Shown: positions 6,669-15,070, counted from the stretch's first letter. The stretch: 24,000 nt of DNA from an uncultured Planctomycetaceae bacterium (GCA_964430385.1 CAYSHJ010000129.1:58584-82583); one strand, 5' to 3'. Notes: generated from the sequence alone by a model not told the origin. Translations and numbers: made by a program.

Positions 6669-9455
6669 ATGCACACCATGTTGGCCTCATTTCAATTTCT
6701 GACTCCGTTGACTGCTGCCATTGTCGGCTCGCTGGCGGCGGGCCTGTTGGTTGGGTTCGCCTTGCTGCGTTGGATCGGCGGACCTCCGGCGGCGATCGCT
6801 CGGCGGTGGGGGTTGATTGGGATTCGAGCGGCGGCGGTCTTCACGTTGCTGTTGATCCTGCTGAATCCATCGGACGTCTCGCAGACGCCGGGTCCGATTG
6901 ATCGGCCGGATATTTTCTATCTGCTCGATTCCTCGCAGAGCATGGCGGTCGGCGACAAGGAAACTCGGTTCGATCACGCCACGCGGTTGATGCGCGAAGC
7001 GGATCAGGCGACGCGCGATGAGGGTCATGCGCTGGTGAAGCTGTTCCGGTTCGGACATCGGCTGGCGGCGGTGGAGCAGGGAGCGGAGCAACAGAGGTCA
7101 GAAGTCAGAGCGTCAGAGGTCAGAGGTCAGAGCGGCAGCGAGCGAGGATCTGTGACTTTGACCTCTGCGGCCTTCGCTGCTGAGCCTCTGACCTCTGCGG
7201 CTCGGACTTCTTCCGCTCCGAAGGCCAAACAGAAACTGCTTGCGCCGACCGATTCCGACACACAGTTGCTGACGGCGTTGCGGCAGGTGCCGAGCCGATT
7301 CGGACGGCGGCCCCCGGCGGCGATCGTGCTGTTCTCGGATGGACGGGCGCGGGATGAATCGGGTGTGGAACAGCTCGCGGCGCAGTTCGCGAAGCTCAAC
7401 GTGCCGGTGCATGTGGTGCCGGTCGGCGACACGGCGAAGGGGGGCGATGTCGCGATCGTCGCGTGCGTCGTACCGCCTCGCGCGCGGCGGTTTGCTGAGG
7501 TCGAGGTACAAGTCTTCTTGAGAAGCTACGGCTACGACGGGCGTCGGTGTGAAGTGTCGCTCATCGCGCCGAGCAACGTGGAAGGTGAGGCCGACAAAAA
7601 CTTGGCTCCGCCGGTGCCGGTCACGTTGCATGATGGATTTCAATCGGTTGGCTTGTCGTTTCGGACGGACGCGAAGACTCGCAAGTTGCAGGTCAACGTG
7701 TCCGCGTTGCCGGATGAAGTCTCGACGGCGAACAACTCGTTCAAGGCCGAGGTGCAGATTGATCGCACGAAGATTCGCGTGCTGTATGTCGAAGGCAGCT
7801 CGCAGCCGTTGCAGCCGGTGCAGACCGGGAACCGCTACGAGGTGCGCGGGCCGTACTCCGACTTGCAGAAGGCGTTGACCGAGGATGAGGACATCGAGTG
7901 CGTCGTGTTGGCGGCTCCGTATGGCCGCGGTCGATTGCAGCGTGTCGCGGACGTCGGGGGTGCGGTGGTGGGTCGTGGGTTTCCGGAGACCGTGGCCGAG
8001 TTGTCCGCGTTCGATGCAATCATCCTCAGCGACGTCGCGGCGAACACGTTCACCGAGCAGCAATTGGAGTGGCTCGAAAAATGGATCGGTCAGCGCGGCG
8101 GTGGGCTGCTGATGGTCGGCGGTCAGCGCAGCTTCCGAGCGGGAGGCTGGGACGACACGCCGCTCGCCGCGATGCTGCCGATCGAGATGCGCGACGAAAA
8201 CGATTGGCTCCCCGGCACGCAGGTCAGCGTGCTGGCCGAACCGCAGGCGATGTCGCATCCGCTGTGGACGATCGTCACCGACGAGCGGCAGAACCGCGAC
8301 ATCATCGGCCAGTTTCCGTCGTTCTTCGGAGCCAACCGCTGGGCCGGTGTGAAGCCGAATCTGACGCGCGTGCTGGCGATGTCGAACCTCGCGGCGGCCG
8401 AAGCTCCCGCCGGGGCGGTGGCACCCGTGGCCCCGAAGCCCGTCAAGCCGCCGAGCTTCTTTGATTCATTGCAAAAGAATTTGATTGGAAATAAGCCGGC
8501 CGCCCGCAATCCAGCCGGTGAGCCGGAGGGCGCTAGCCCCCGGTTGAGCGACGAAGAAGAGAACCGGGGGCTAGTGCCCTCCGGCTCATCAAACACGAAG
8601 CTCGAAGCCACCGCCTCGAACCAGCCCGCGATCGTGGCCGGTCAATACGGTCGCGGCCGCACGCTGGCGATGGCCATGCCGATCACGCCACCGTGGGCCA
8701 ACGATCTGCTGACCAAGTGGGGCGGCGACACGAAGTACTACGGCAAGTTCTGGCGGAACGCGATCTATTGGCTGACCGAGAGTTCCTCAATCGGTCGCCG
8801 TCGGCTCGTCGTCACCGCCGACAAGAAGTTCTATCGACCCGGCGAAACGATCTCGCTGACCGCCGCCGCGTTCGATGAGGCCGCGAATCAAACCGGCTCG
8901 TACAAAATCACGTCGATGATCGAGCCGCAGACGTCGCTGAACGATCTCGAATCGAATTACTCGCCCGTCCGCTGGCCCGACGGCAAGCCGCGCGAGAGCG
9001 GCGAGACCGGCCCGTTCATCGCCTGGGGCGAGGAGTTTGATCTTCCTCGCACCGACGCCGTCGGCGGCAAGCCCGCGTTCGCGCTCGAGATGCCGATCGC
9101 CGACGCGCTGACCGTCGGCTCGGCCAGCCAGTCGCTGCGTGTCGAACTGACGGCGATGGAAGAGTTCACTCAGGTCGACAGCACGTCGCTCGACATCCAA
9201 ATCCTGCACGACCCGTTCGAGCAACAGAATCCGTTCCCGAACCACGACCTGCTGGTGTCGATCGCGAAGCACTCCGGCGGCAAAGTCATCAACGACGCGA
9301 CTCAACTCGCCGAAGTCCTCCGCGATGTCCCGATGAAAGTCGGCTCGCCCATCGTCAAGAAGACGCCGCTGTGGAGTACCTGGTGGCTGTGGACCTGGCT
9401 GCTGGGCTTGCTCAGCGTCGAATGGATTTGGCGAAGAGTCGTGGGATTGGCGTGA
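6669..9455 (+). CDS. BatA-N/vWA/GATase1-like membrane protein
   Basis: 928 aa. The N-terminus is a double-TM segment (FQFLTPLTAAIVGSLAAGLLVGFALLRW..; IGIRAAAVFTLLLILL). It has a MIDAS-like DSSQSM motif and the vWA signature AIVLFSDGRA. The central part is class-I-amidotransferase-like (RVLYVEGSS...FDAIILSDV...GGGLLMVGG). There is a C-terminal TM segment (WWLWTWLLGLLSVEWIW). Confidence 0.7.
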   Translation: MHTMLASFQFLTPLTAAIVGSLAAGLLVGFALLRWIGGPPAAIARRWGLIGIRAAAVFTLLLILLNPSDVSQTPGPIDRPDIFYLLDSSQSMAVGDKETRFDHATRLMREADQATRDEGHALVKLFRFGHRLAAVEQGAEQQRSEVRASEVRGQSGSERGSVTLTSAAFAAEPLTSAARTSSAPKAKQKLLAPTDSDTQLLTALRQVPSRFGRRPPAAIVLFSDGRARDESGVEQLAAQFAKLNVPVHVVPVGDTAKGGDVAIVACVVPPRARRFAEVEVQVFLRSYGYDGRRCEVSLIAPSNVEGEADKNLAPPVPVTLHDGFQSVGLSFRTDAKTRKLQVNVSALPDEVSTANNSFKAEVQIDRTKIRVLYVEGSSQPLQPVQTGNRYEVRGPYSDLQKALTEDEDIECVVLAAPYGRGRLQRVADVGGAVVGRGFPETVAELSAFDAIILSDVAANTFTEQQLEWLEKWIGQRGGGLLMVGGQRSFRAGGWDDTPLAAMLPIEMRDENDWLPGTQVSVLAEPQAMSHPLWTIVTDERQNRDIIGQFPSFFGANRWAGVKPNLTRVLAMSNLAAAEAPAGAVAPVAPKPVKPPSFFDSLQKNLIGNKPAARNPAGEPEGASPRLSDEEENRGLVPSGSSNTKLEATASNQPAIVAGQYGRGRTLAMAMPITPPWANDLLTKWGGDTKYYGKFWRNAIYWLTESSSIGRRRLVVTADKKFYRPGETISLTAAAFDEAANQTGSYKITSMIEPQTSLNDLESNYSPVRWPDGKPRESGETGPFIAWGEEFDLPRTDAVGGKPAFALEMPIADALTVGSASQSLRVELTAMEEFTQVDSTSLDIQILHDPFEQQNPFPNHDLLVSIAKHSGGKVINDATQLAEVLRDVPMKVGSPIVKKTPLWSTWWLWTWLLGLLSVEWIWRRVVGLA
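7092..7200. repeat. GGTCAGA-type heptamer run with an inverted partner, in frame inside the vWA CDS
   Basis: Left part runs aggtcag/aagtcag/agcgtcag/aggtcag/aggtcag (7095-7130). Right part cctctgacctctg (7185-7197) is the exact reverse complement of cagaggtcagagg (7113-7125). gacctctgcgg occurs twice (7160-7170 and 7190-7200). The region encodes QRSEVRASEVRGQS...TLTSAA...PLTSAA. Confidence 0.7.
8519..8588. repeat. 27-nt inverted-repeat doublet in frame inside the vWA CDS
   Basis: tgagccggagggcgctagcccccggtt (8519-8545) matches the reverse complement of 8562-8588 (tgagccggagggcactagcccccggtt) at 26/27 positions. The loop is 16 nt. The region encodes GEPEGASPRLSDEEENRGLVPSGS. Confidence 0.8.
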
Positions 9456-9495
9456 GTCCTACCGACGGTATTCGAGATGGCACTGTCACAGAGAG

Positions 9496-10335
9496 ATGCA
9501 AAGCATGAATCATCGAAAGCGGCTTCGAAGTGTCCGGTTCACCTTGGCATCGCTGCTGGCGATCAACCTGTTGGCGAACACCGCGTTCTCGCAACAGGAT
9601 GCAGCAGCCATTCCCAAGTTTGATTTCGCCGCCGCCGCCACGGAGTACGAAATCTTGAGTGGCAAAGACCGCTCGGTTTGCGAGCCGTTTCATGCGGAGC
9701 TGTTGAGGTGGACGAATCCCGTCCGCGTCGCACCGGCGGGGACGGTCTTTCTGTGGCATCACAAAGGAGTACCGCAAGCCGCCTGCTGCATGTTCGCCTT
9801 TCCCAACCCGAACATGTCGAAGGACTACATCGTCAATCACGAGTTTGTTTCGCTCTCGACGGAGCTGATCGAGGCCAAGTCGGGCGGTACGACCGTTTGG
9901 CAGTCGAAGAAGCCGGGAGTCATTTGGAAAGAAGTTCCAGAGGGTCCTTCCGTGATTCAGACACGTTCCGGGCGATTGGCTCAGATGCGAACCGTCGCGG
10001 GTCAATTCACCGGCGTGGTTGACAAGACTCACGAAGAACTGCGGATGCTCCGTCAGCCGATCTACCGCTACCCGGACACGATGGACCGCGACGGCGCGAT
10101 CTTCGCCTTCGCTCAAGCCACCGATCCGGAAATCCTGCTGTGGCTGGAATCCGATCCGAAAGCCGCCAACCCCACCTGGAGATTCGCCGTCGCGCGAATG
10201 ACCATGATGGCCTGCTCGCTAAGCCACAAGGAAAACACCGTCTACTCCGTCGAATCATGCCAAGAGGGAAACGACGAGTCGCACACCTATCGAACACTTC
10301 AACGAGTGCCCTGGAAAGTGGTCGAGGGCAAGTGA
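9496..10335 (+). CDS. Array copy 4 of the family (subtype A)
   Basis: 279 aa (alternative start ATG 9505). Signal-like N-terminus is ..NTAFS|QQD. Motifs: LLRWTNPV, GTVFLWHHKG, NHEFVSLS, RLAQMRTVAGQF, ELRMLRQPIYRY, DGAIFAFAQATDPEILLWLES. Confidence 0.85.
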   Translation: MQSMNHRKRLRSVRFTLASLLAINLLANTAFSQQDAAAIPKFDFAAAATEYEILSGKDRSVCEPFHAELLRWTNPVRVAPAGTVFLWHHKGVPQAACCMFAFPNPNMSKDYIVNHEFVSLSTELIEAKSGGTTVWQSKKPGVIWKEVPEGPSVIQTRSGRLAQMRTVAGQFTGVVDKTHEELRMLRQPIYRYPDTMDRDGAIFAFAQATDPEILLWLESDPKAANPTWRFAVARMTMMACSLSHKENTVYSVESCQEGNDESHTYRTLQRVPWKVVEGK

Positions 10336-10373
10336 GATCCGATTCTCTCGTGTCGGTTCTCTCCTGAAAGGAA

Positions 10374-10397
10374 CCGCCCTCGCTGACGCTTCGAGTT
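10374..10397. repeat. Conserved intergenic tail motif ccgccctcgctgacgcttcgagtt (upstream of copy 5)
   Basis: Near-identical to 11354-11377 and to 18633-18654. gccctcg (10376-10382) can pair with cgagggc (10323-10329). Confidence 0.5.
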
Positions 10398-10419
10398 AGT
10401 TTTCCCCAAGGAGTCCGTC

Positions 10420-11292
10420 ATGCGTCGTGTGTCTTCAATTTGGTGGCCGGTCTGTTTATCCCTGTCGTGCCTCGCGGCATTGGCCTCGCTCGCACCGGCC
10501 GATGATCCGCCGAAAGTTGACGGCAAGGAGGCTCAGCCGGACGACGCTCCGCTGCGGAAGGCTCGCGTGCAGTTTTTGGCCGACGCGGTCAAACATTTTG
10601 AAATCCACGTCGGAGAGGACGAGGTGGAGTCGAAGCGGATTCCGGAGCCGGTGTTGGCCTACAACAATCCGGTCAGCGGGACGAAGATCGGCATCCTCGC
10701 ACTGTTCACCCGCAATGGCCGCCCCGATGTGATGGCTCAGTTTTCCTTCTCCGCACCTCAGGCCGTCTACAACGAGTTCCACAATCTTTGCGGCGACAAA
10801 ATCGTCATGAAACGCGGTGAGCAAACCGTGTGGACGCCGCCGGAAACTTCGACCAAATGGCAGCCCCTCGAAACGTCCGAGAAGCCGGCGGCAACGCCTC
10901 AACTGCGGCTCGTGCAAATGCGGCGGCTGGCCGAGAAGTTCAACGTCGAAGACAACTTTGGCTGGGACAAAAAGGAACTCAATCAACTCCGGTTGCTGAC
11001 GACCCCCGTCCATCGTTACGGCAACGCCGACGAGGAAGTGATCGACGGTGCCGTCTTCATCTACGCCCTTGGAACCGACCCCGAAGCCCTGTTGATGCTG
11101 GAATGTGCGAAGGGTGAGACCGGGTTGCACTGGCGTTACGGCTTCGGGCCGATGTCAATCTACGCACTGAAGGCCAAGCTCGGTGATACCGTCGTGTGGG
11201 AGATTTCCGAACGAAAGGTCTTCGGACACCCCAAGTCCGTCCAATTTGTCTCGCCGTACCAACTCGCGCCTGGCGAGAAATTTCCGGAATGA
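10420..11292 (+). CDS. Array copy 5 of the family (subtype B)
   Basis: 290 aa. AAGGAG lies 7 nt upstream. Signal-like N-terminus is ..ASLAPA|DDPP. Motifs: PVLAYNNPVSG, NGRPDVM, LRLVQMRRLAEKF, LRLLTTPVHRY, DGAVFIYALGTDPEALLMLEC. By eye it is roughly four-fifths identical to copy 10. Confidence 0.9.
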   Translation: MRRVSSIWWPVCLSLSCLAALASLAPADDPPKVDGKEAQPDDAPLRKARVQFLADAVKHFEIHVGEDEVESKRIPEPVLAYNNPVSGTKIGILALFTRNGRPDVMAQFSFSAPQAVYNEFHNLCGDKIVMKRGEQTVWTPPETSTKWQPLETSEKPAATPQLRLVQMRRLAEKFNVEDNFGWDKKELNQLRLLTTPVHRYGNADEEVIDGAVFIYALGTDPEALLMLECAKGETGLHWRYGFGPMSIYALKAKLGDTVVWEISERKVFGHPKSVQFVSPYQLAPGEKFPE

Positions 11293-11353
11293 TGTTCCCA
11301 CCGACGCGAGGGCGAGCGATTCACAAGTGGTCAAACATCATCATTCGGAACGT

Positions 11354-11377
11354 CCGCCCTCGCTGACGGTTCGGCTT
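11354..11377. repeat. Conserved intergenic tail motif ccgccctcgctgacggttcggctt (upstream of copy 6)
   Basis: Homologous to 10374-10397. cgccctcgc (11355-11363) pairs with gcgagggcg (11306-11314) as a 9-bp stem. Confidence 0.5.
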
Positions 11378-11399
11378 ACTTTTCGTCAAGGAGTTTGCG

Positions 11400-12239
11400 A
11401 TGCGTCGAGTTGTTCCAATGGTGTGGCATCTGACTCTGTGCTTGCTGTGCCTCGTGGCATCGGCATCGGCCGAGGACGAGAAGAAGTCGGAGTCAAATGA
11501 CGGCTTGAATGAGGAGACTCGCAAAGTGGTCGTGGCCAAGATGAAAGAAATCTTGGATCAGACCAAAGTGGTTCGACTGCGGCCGACTTCTGTCACCGTC
11601 GAGTTGGTTCCCGAACCGATTCTCAATTGGGACGACGTTCCACGTGGGCATCACTACGGGACGTTGTGGGTTTGGGGAACCACAGGTCGGCCCGCCGCGA
11701 TTGTCGAGACGTACACGATCGACTTCGCCAAGAACATCGGAAGTTGGCCGGGAAACGTCGTGCATTCGTTGGCTCCGGAACCGCTTCAGGCCGAGGGAAC
11801 CTTTGGATGGAAATGGGCACCGACCGAACCGGGCTTCACGCCGAAGCGGCTGGCCGATGCACCGCGTCCGGCTGACACAAAGACTCTGCGGCGTTTGCAA
11901 ATGCGAGCGTTGGCCAAGCGGTTCACCGCCAACCAGACGTGGATGGGGGACCGCTCCGAATTGCGACTGCTGCCGACCTCGATCCGTTTGTACGAATCGG
12001 CTGACGACGGAGTGCTCGACGGCGGTCTCTTCGCATTCGTGCATGGCGGCACGAACCCCGAAGTCATTCTGGTTCTGGAAGCGATGCACGGTGCCAAGGA
12101 GGACTATTGGCAGTACGGATGCGTCCGGCTCGGCCACGCCCGGATGCAGGCGAAGTTCGATGGCCGCGAAGCGTGGTCTGTCGAAACCTATGACGGTGTC
12201 AGTCCGAATGCCCCGTACTACTGGCTCATCAGCCGCTGA
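11400..12239 (+). CDS. Array copy 6 of the family (subtype C)
   Basis: 279 aa. AAGGAG lies upstream. Signal-like N-terminus is ..VASASA|EDEKK. Motifs: PILNW, HHYGTLWVWGTTGRPAAI, LRRLQMRALAKRF, ELRLLPTSIRLY, DGGLFAFVHGGTNPEVILVLEA. Confidence 0.85.
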   Translation: MRRVVPMVWHLTLCLLCLVASASAEDEKKSESNDGLNEETRKVVVAKMKEILDQTKVVRLRPTSVTVELVPEPILNWDDVPRGHHYGTLWVWGTTGRPAAIVETYTIDFAKNIGSWPGNVVHSLAPEPLQAEGTFGWKWAPTEPGFTPKRLADAPRPADTKTLRRLQMRALAKRFTANQTWMGDRSELRLLPTSIRLYESADDGVLDGGLFAFVHGGTNPEVILVLEAMHGAKEDYWQYGCVRLGHARMQAKFDGREAWSVETYDGVSPNAPYYWLISR

Positions 12240-12275
12240 GATTTCCGAGCAAACAACGACACTGAGTCGGTTCGT

Positions 12276-13206
12276 GTGGATTGCGTTCAGGCCGCCACGA
12301 GTGGCCAAACAGAAAGATTGATCGTGCTGACTGACACCTTGAATCACATCACGTTGTTCCGTCGGAAGGCGTTGTTTCTTGTCTGTGCGTTCGCGCTGTT
12401 GCTGTCCTCGGCACGCGCGGACGAGCCGTCGAAAGCGGGCGCTCCGGAGGTCAAGCAGGAAGACGCTGAGGCCATTCCAAAATTTGATTTTGCCGCCGCT
12501 GCCGCGGGGTACGAAATCTCGATTGGTAAAGACCGCTTGATTTGCGAACCGTCTCAGATCGAACTGCTGAAGTGGTCGAACCCCGTGCGCGGGTCGCCGG
12601 CCGGAACGGTTTTTCTGTGGCACCACAAGGGTGCGCCACAAGCGGCTTGCTGTATGTTCGCCTACAGAAATCCCGAGGTGAAAGGGGACTTCCTGGTCAA
12701 TCACGAGTTTGTTTCGCTGTCCACGGATTTGATCGAGAGCAAATCGAACGATGGCCTGGTCTGGAAAACAACCATGCCGGGCATCGCGTGGCAGGAGATT
12801 CCGGAGAGCCCACCGATCGCCAAGACGCGCCCCGCGCGGCTGGCTCAGATGCGCGATCTCGCCAGCAAGTTCACCGGACAGATCGGTAAGGCGAACAATG
12901 TCCGGGAGGAATTGCGTCTGCTCCGCCAACCCATTTATCGCTACCCGGAAGCGAGCGACCGTGACGGCGCAATTTTCGTTTTTTGCTCAAACCACTGATC
13001 CGGAAATCCTGCTGCTGTTGCAAACCGATCCGCTGGCGACGGGCTCCCAGTGGAGCTGCGCCTTCGCACGAATGACCATGTTCCCTTGCTGGCTCAGCCA
13101 CCGTGAGAAGGAAGTCTGGTCCGTCCCCTCGCTCAACCCGAAAGTCGATTCGGACACGTATCGAACTTTTCGCCGCGTTCCTTGGAAAGCTGTCGAGGAG
13201 AAATGA
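12276..13206 (+). pseudogene. Array copy 7 (subtype A'), reading frame broken by one extra T in a T-run
   Basis: Frame 1 (12276-12998) ends ..DRDGAIFVFCSNH*. The frame starting at 12985 continues AQTTDPEILLLLQT...RVPWKAVEEK* and is colinear with copy 4. The break lies in TTTTTT at 12979-12984. Removing one T restores F-V-F-A-Q-T-T-D-P. The likely true start is TTG 12339 (MNH.., as in copy 4) or GTG 12324, rather than GTG 12276. Confidence 0.8.
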
Positions 13207-13293
13207 GTTCCGTGCTGCCAATTCGGCTTCGCCTGTGTTTGGTCCTACGGTGCCAGGGCCTCCAATTCACTACACGCATTTCGGAGTTTCCGC

Positions 13294-14154
13294 ATGACCG
13301 ACCTTCGAATCACGTTTCTGCGAATATTTCTCTCACTATTAGTCGTCATGGCGTTGATGACTTCGGGCGTCAGTGCTGCCGACCCACCGGCCAAACAGGG
13401 AGGGGAGTCCGACGATCTTGTGCGAACGGAATCGAAGGCGGCCACGGAACGCGCTGTTGAGGAGATCGGGAAATGGAAGTTCGATTTTGAAGATGAGAAA
13501 CTCGGAACCATTGTCGCGGAGAAAGACTCGGCGTTGCGGTGGGCGTGGACGGACAACGGTCGGGCGTATGGCAATCTGTTTGTGCTCTCCGCTCAGGACC
13601 GACCGGTGGCCATCGTGGAGTTCTTCACATGGTACTCGCCCATCCAAGGTGCGTACTTTCAATGCACATCGCTGACCAATTTTCCGATGAACGCCAAGCG
13701 ATCCGGGCAGGATATTTGGCGACCGACGAAGAGCAACGTCGTCATGCAAAATGTCCCCGACGCTCCGACTCCGGCGAAAACGGCGTCGCAGAGACTCGTG
13801 CAAATGAAACGGCTGGCAGAAGCGTTTCAGGTCGAGGTTGATGACAAACGAGCCACGGAAATCACCGTCCGGCAGCTTCGCCTGATGCCGAGACCGCTGC
13901 ATCGATACGGCAAATCCGATAGCCCGATTCTGGACGGAGCGTTGTTTTCCTACGCGGTCAGCAGCGATCCCGGAGCGATCTTGGTTCTGGAGGTCGTCTC
14001 CTCTGGTGACGGTCCACGCTGGCAGTACGGCTTTGCCCGTGTGTGGTCCTACGGAGCCAGAGCCACTTATTCCGGGAAGCGTGTTTGGGATATCGAAGAG
14101 GTCAACCCGCGCGCCGACATGAAGGCGAACTTCTACTTGAACGCACTTCCGTAA
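13294..14154 (+). CDS. Array copy 8 of the family (subtype D)
   Basis: 286 aa. Signal-like N-terminus is ..TSGVSA|ADPP. Motifs: ALRWAW, DRPVAIVEFF, RLVQMKRLAEAF, LRLMPRPLHRY, DGALFSYAVSSDPGAILVLEV, WQYGFARV. Confidence 0.85.
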   Translation: MTDLRITFLRIFLSLLVVMALMTSGVSAADPPAKQGGESDDLVRTESKAATERAVEEIGKWKFDFEDEKLGTIVAEKDSALRWAWTDNGRAYGNLFVLSAQDRPVAIVEFFTWYSPIQGAYFQCTSLTNFPMNAKRSGQDIWRPTKSNVVMQNVPDAPTPAKTASQRLVQMKRLAEAFQVEVDDKRATEITVRQLRLMPRPLHRYGKSDSPILDGALFSYAVSSDPGAILVLEVVSSGDGPRWQYGFARVWSYGARATYSGKRVWDIEEVNPRADMKANFYLNALP

Positions 14155-14242
14155 TTTTCCGGCCAATGTCCGTGACAAGCGAGGACGTCTCGGAAAACCA
14201 TTCAGACGAGATCCTGTGCGACAGAAGAATGTGAGTCAGATT

Positions 14243-15070
14243 ATGCGACAGCAACGATTGAGTATTGTGTCACTCGTTCTCATCACCCTGTGCGTTTCAT
14301 TGAGCGCGATTGGGGCAGATGACGACGCGGCGAAAAAGGAAGTGGCGGCACAGCGGTTGGTGGTGATGAAAAAGACGGTCGGCGGAGTGGACGTGACGAT
14401 CGGCAAGGGGGGATCAGAGAAGCTGACGCGGGTCGATGAGCCGATTCAGCGTTGGAGCAATCCGATCGTTCGAATCGAGGATGCAACGGTATTTCTGTGG
14501 ACGCTCGATGGTCGTCCGGCCGTTGTGTCTCAGGTCGCCGATGTGACCGACGAAGGTGTGTGGCAAGAGTTCCAATCGCTGACCGCCCAGCCGCTGCTGG
14601 CCACACGCGATGGGCAAAGTTATTGGGCTCCCACGGCGGCCGGGATCAAATGGCAGCGTGCTCCAACAACTGAGTCTCCCGCGTCGACGCCCGAATTGCG
14701 GCGCATCCAAATGAGAAAGATCGCTGAGAAGTTTCGGGTCGCGGATCTCTTCGAGTTCAAGGAGCCGAACCAACTGCGACTGCTGGCGACGCCGCTCTAT
14801 CGGTACTCCGCGCCGAAAGTGGGAGTGCGGGATGGAGCCTTGTTTTCGTACGCACTCGGCACCGATCCGGAAGTCCTGTTGCTCATCGAAGCCCAACAGG
14901 AGGGTGACGCCGAGACCTGGAAGGTGGCGTTCGCTCGGCTGACGGGTTTCGCTTGCCGCGCGACTTTGGACGACAAGGAAGTCTGGTCGTGCAAGGTCAT
15001 GCCGTTTCCGTACCCGCCCGATTCCACGTTTTTTTCAATTCAAGTCACGTCGTCCAATCGCAGCAAATAA
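14243..15070 (+). CDS. Array copy 9 of the family (subtype E)
   Basis: ATG 14243 is preferred over GTG 14216. Signal-like N-terminus is ..LSAIGA|DDD. Motifs: PIQRWSNP, ATVFLWTLDGRPAVV, LRRIQMRKIAEKF, LRLLATPLYRY, DGALFSYALGTDPEVLLLIEA, WKVAFARLT. Confidence 0.85.
   Translation: MRQQRLSIVSLVLITLCVSLSAIGADDDAAKKEVAAQRLVVMKKTVGGVDVTIGKGGSEKLTRVDEPIQRWSNPIVRIEDATVFLWTLDGRPAVVSQVADVTDEGVWQEFQSLTAQPLLATRDGQSYWAPTAAGIKWQRAPTTESPASTPELRRIQMRKIAEKFRVADLFEFKEPNQLRLLATPLYRYSAPKVGVRDGALFSYALGTDPEVLLLIEAQQEGDAETWKVAFARLTGFACRATLDDKEVWSCKVMPFPYPPDSTFFSIQVTSSNRSK

Noticed and set aside
7092-7200. Possible CRISPR-like or minisatellite array
   Set aside because: The units are only 7-8 nt with no spacers, the region lies inside a long intact ORF, and there are no cas genes. 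It is better explained as a heptamer-run palindromic element.
11493-12929. 478-aa minus-strand ORF
   Set aside because: It spans the intergenic gap between copies 6 and 7, whose + strand products align to ten paralogs. It is a shadow ORF. The same reasoning applies to 7113-8258, 13339-14178, 15108-15830, 19501-20571 and 21240-21902.
12975-12998. Programmed +1 frameshift at the T6 run in copy 7
   Set aside because: I could identify no stimulatory structure or rare or hungry codon context. None of the other copies needs a shift at the homologous site. A simple indel or sequencing error is more parsimonious.
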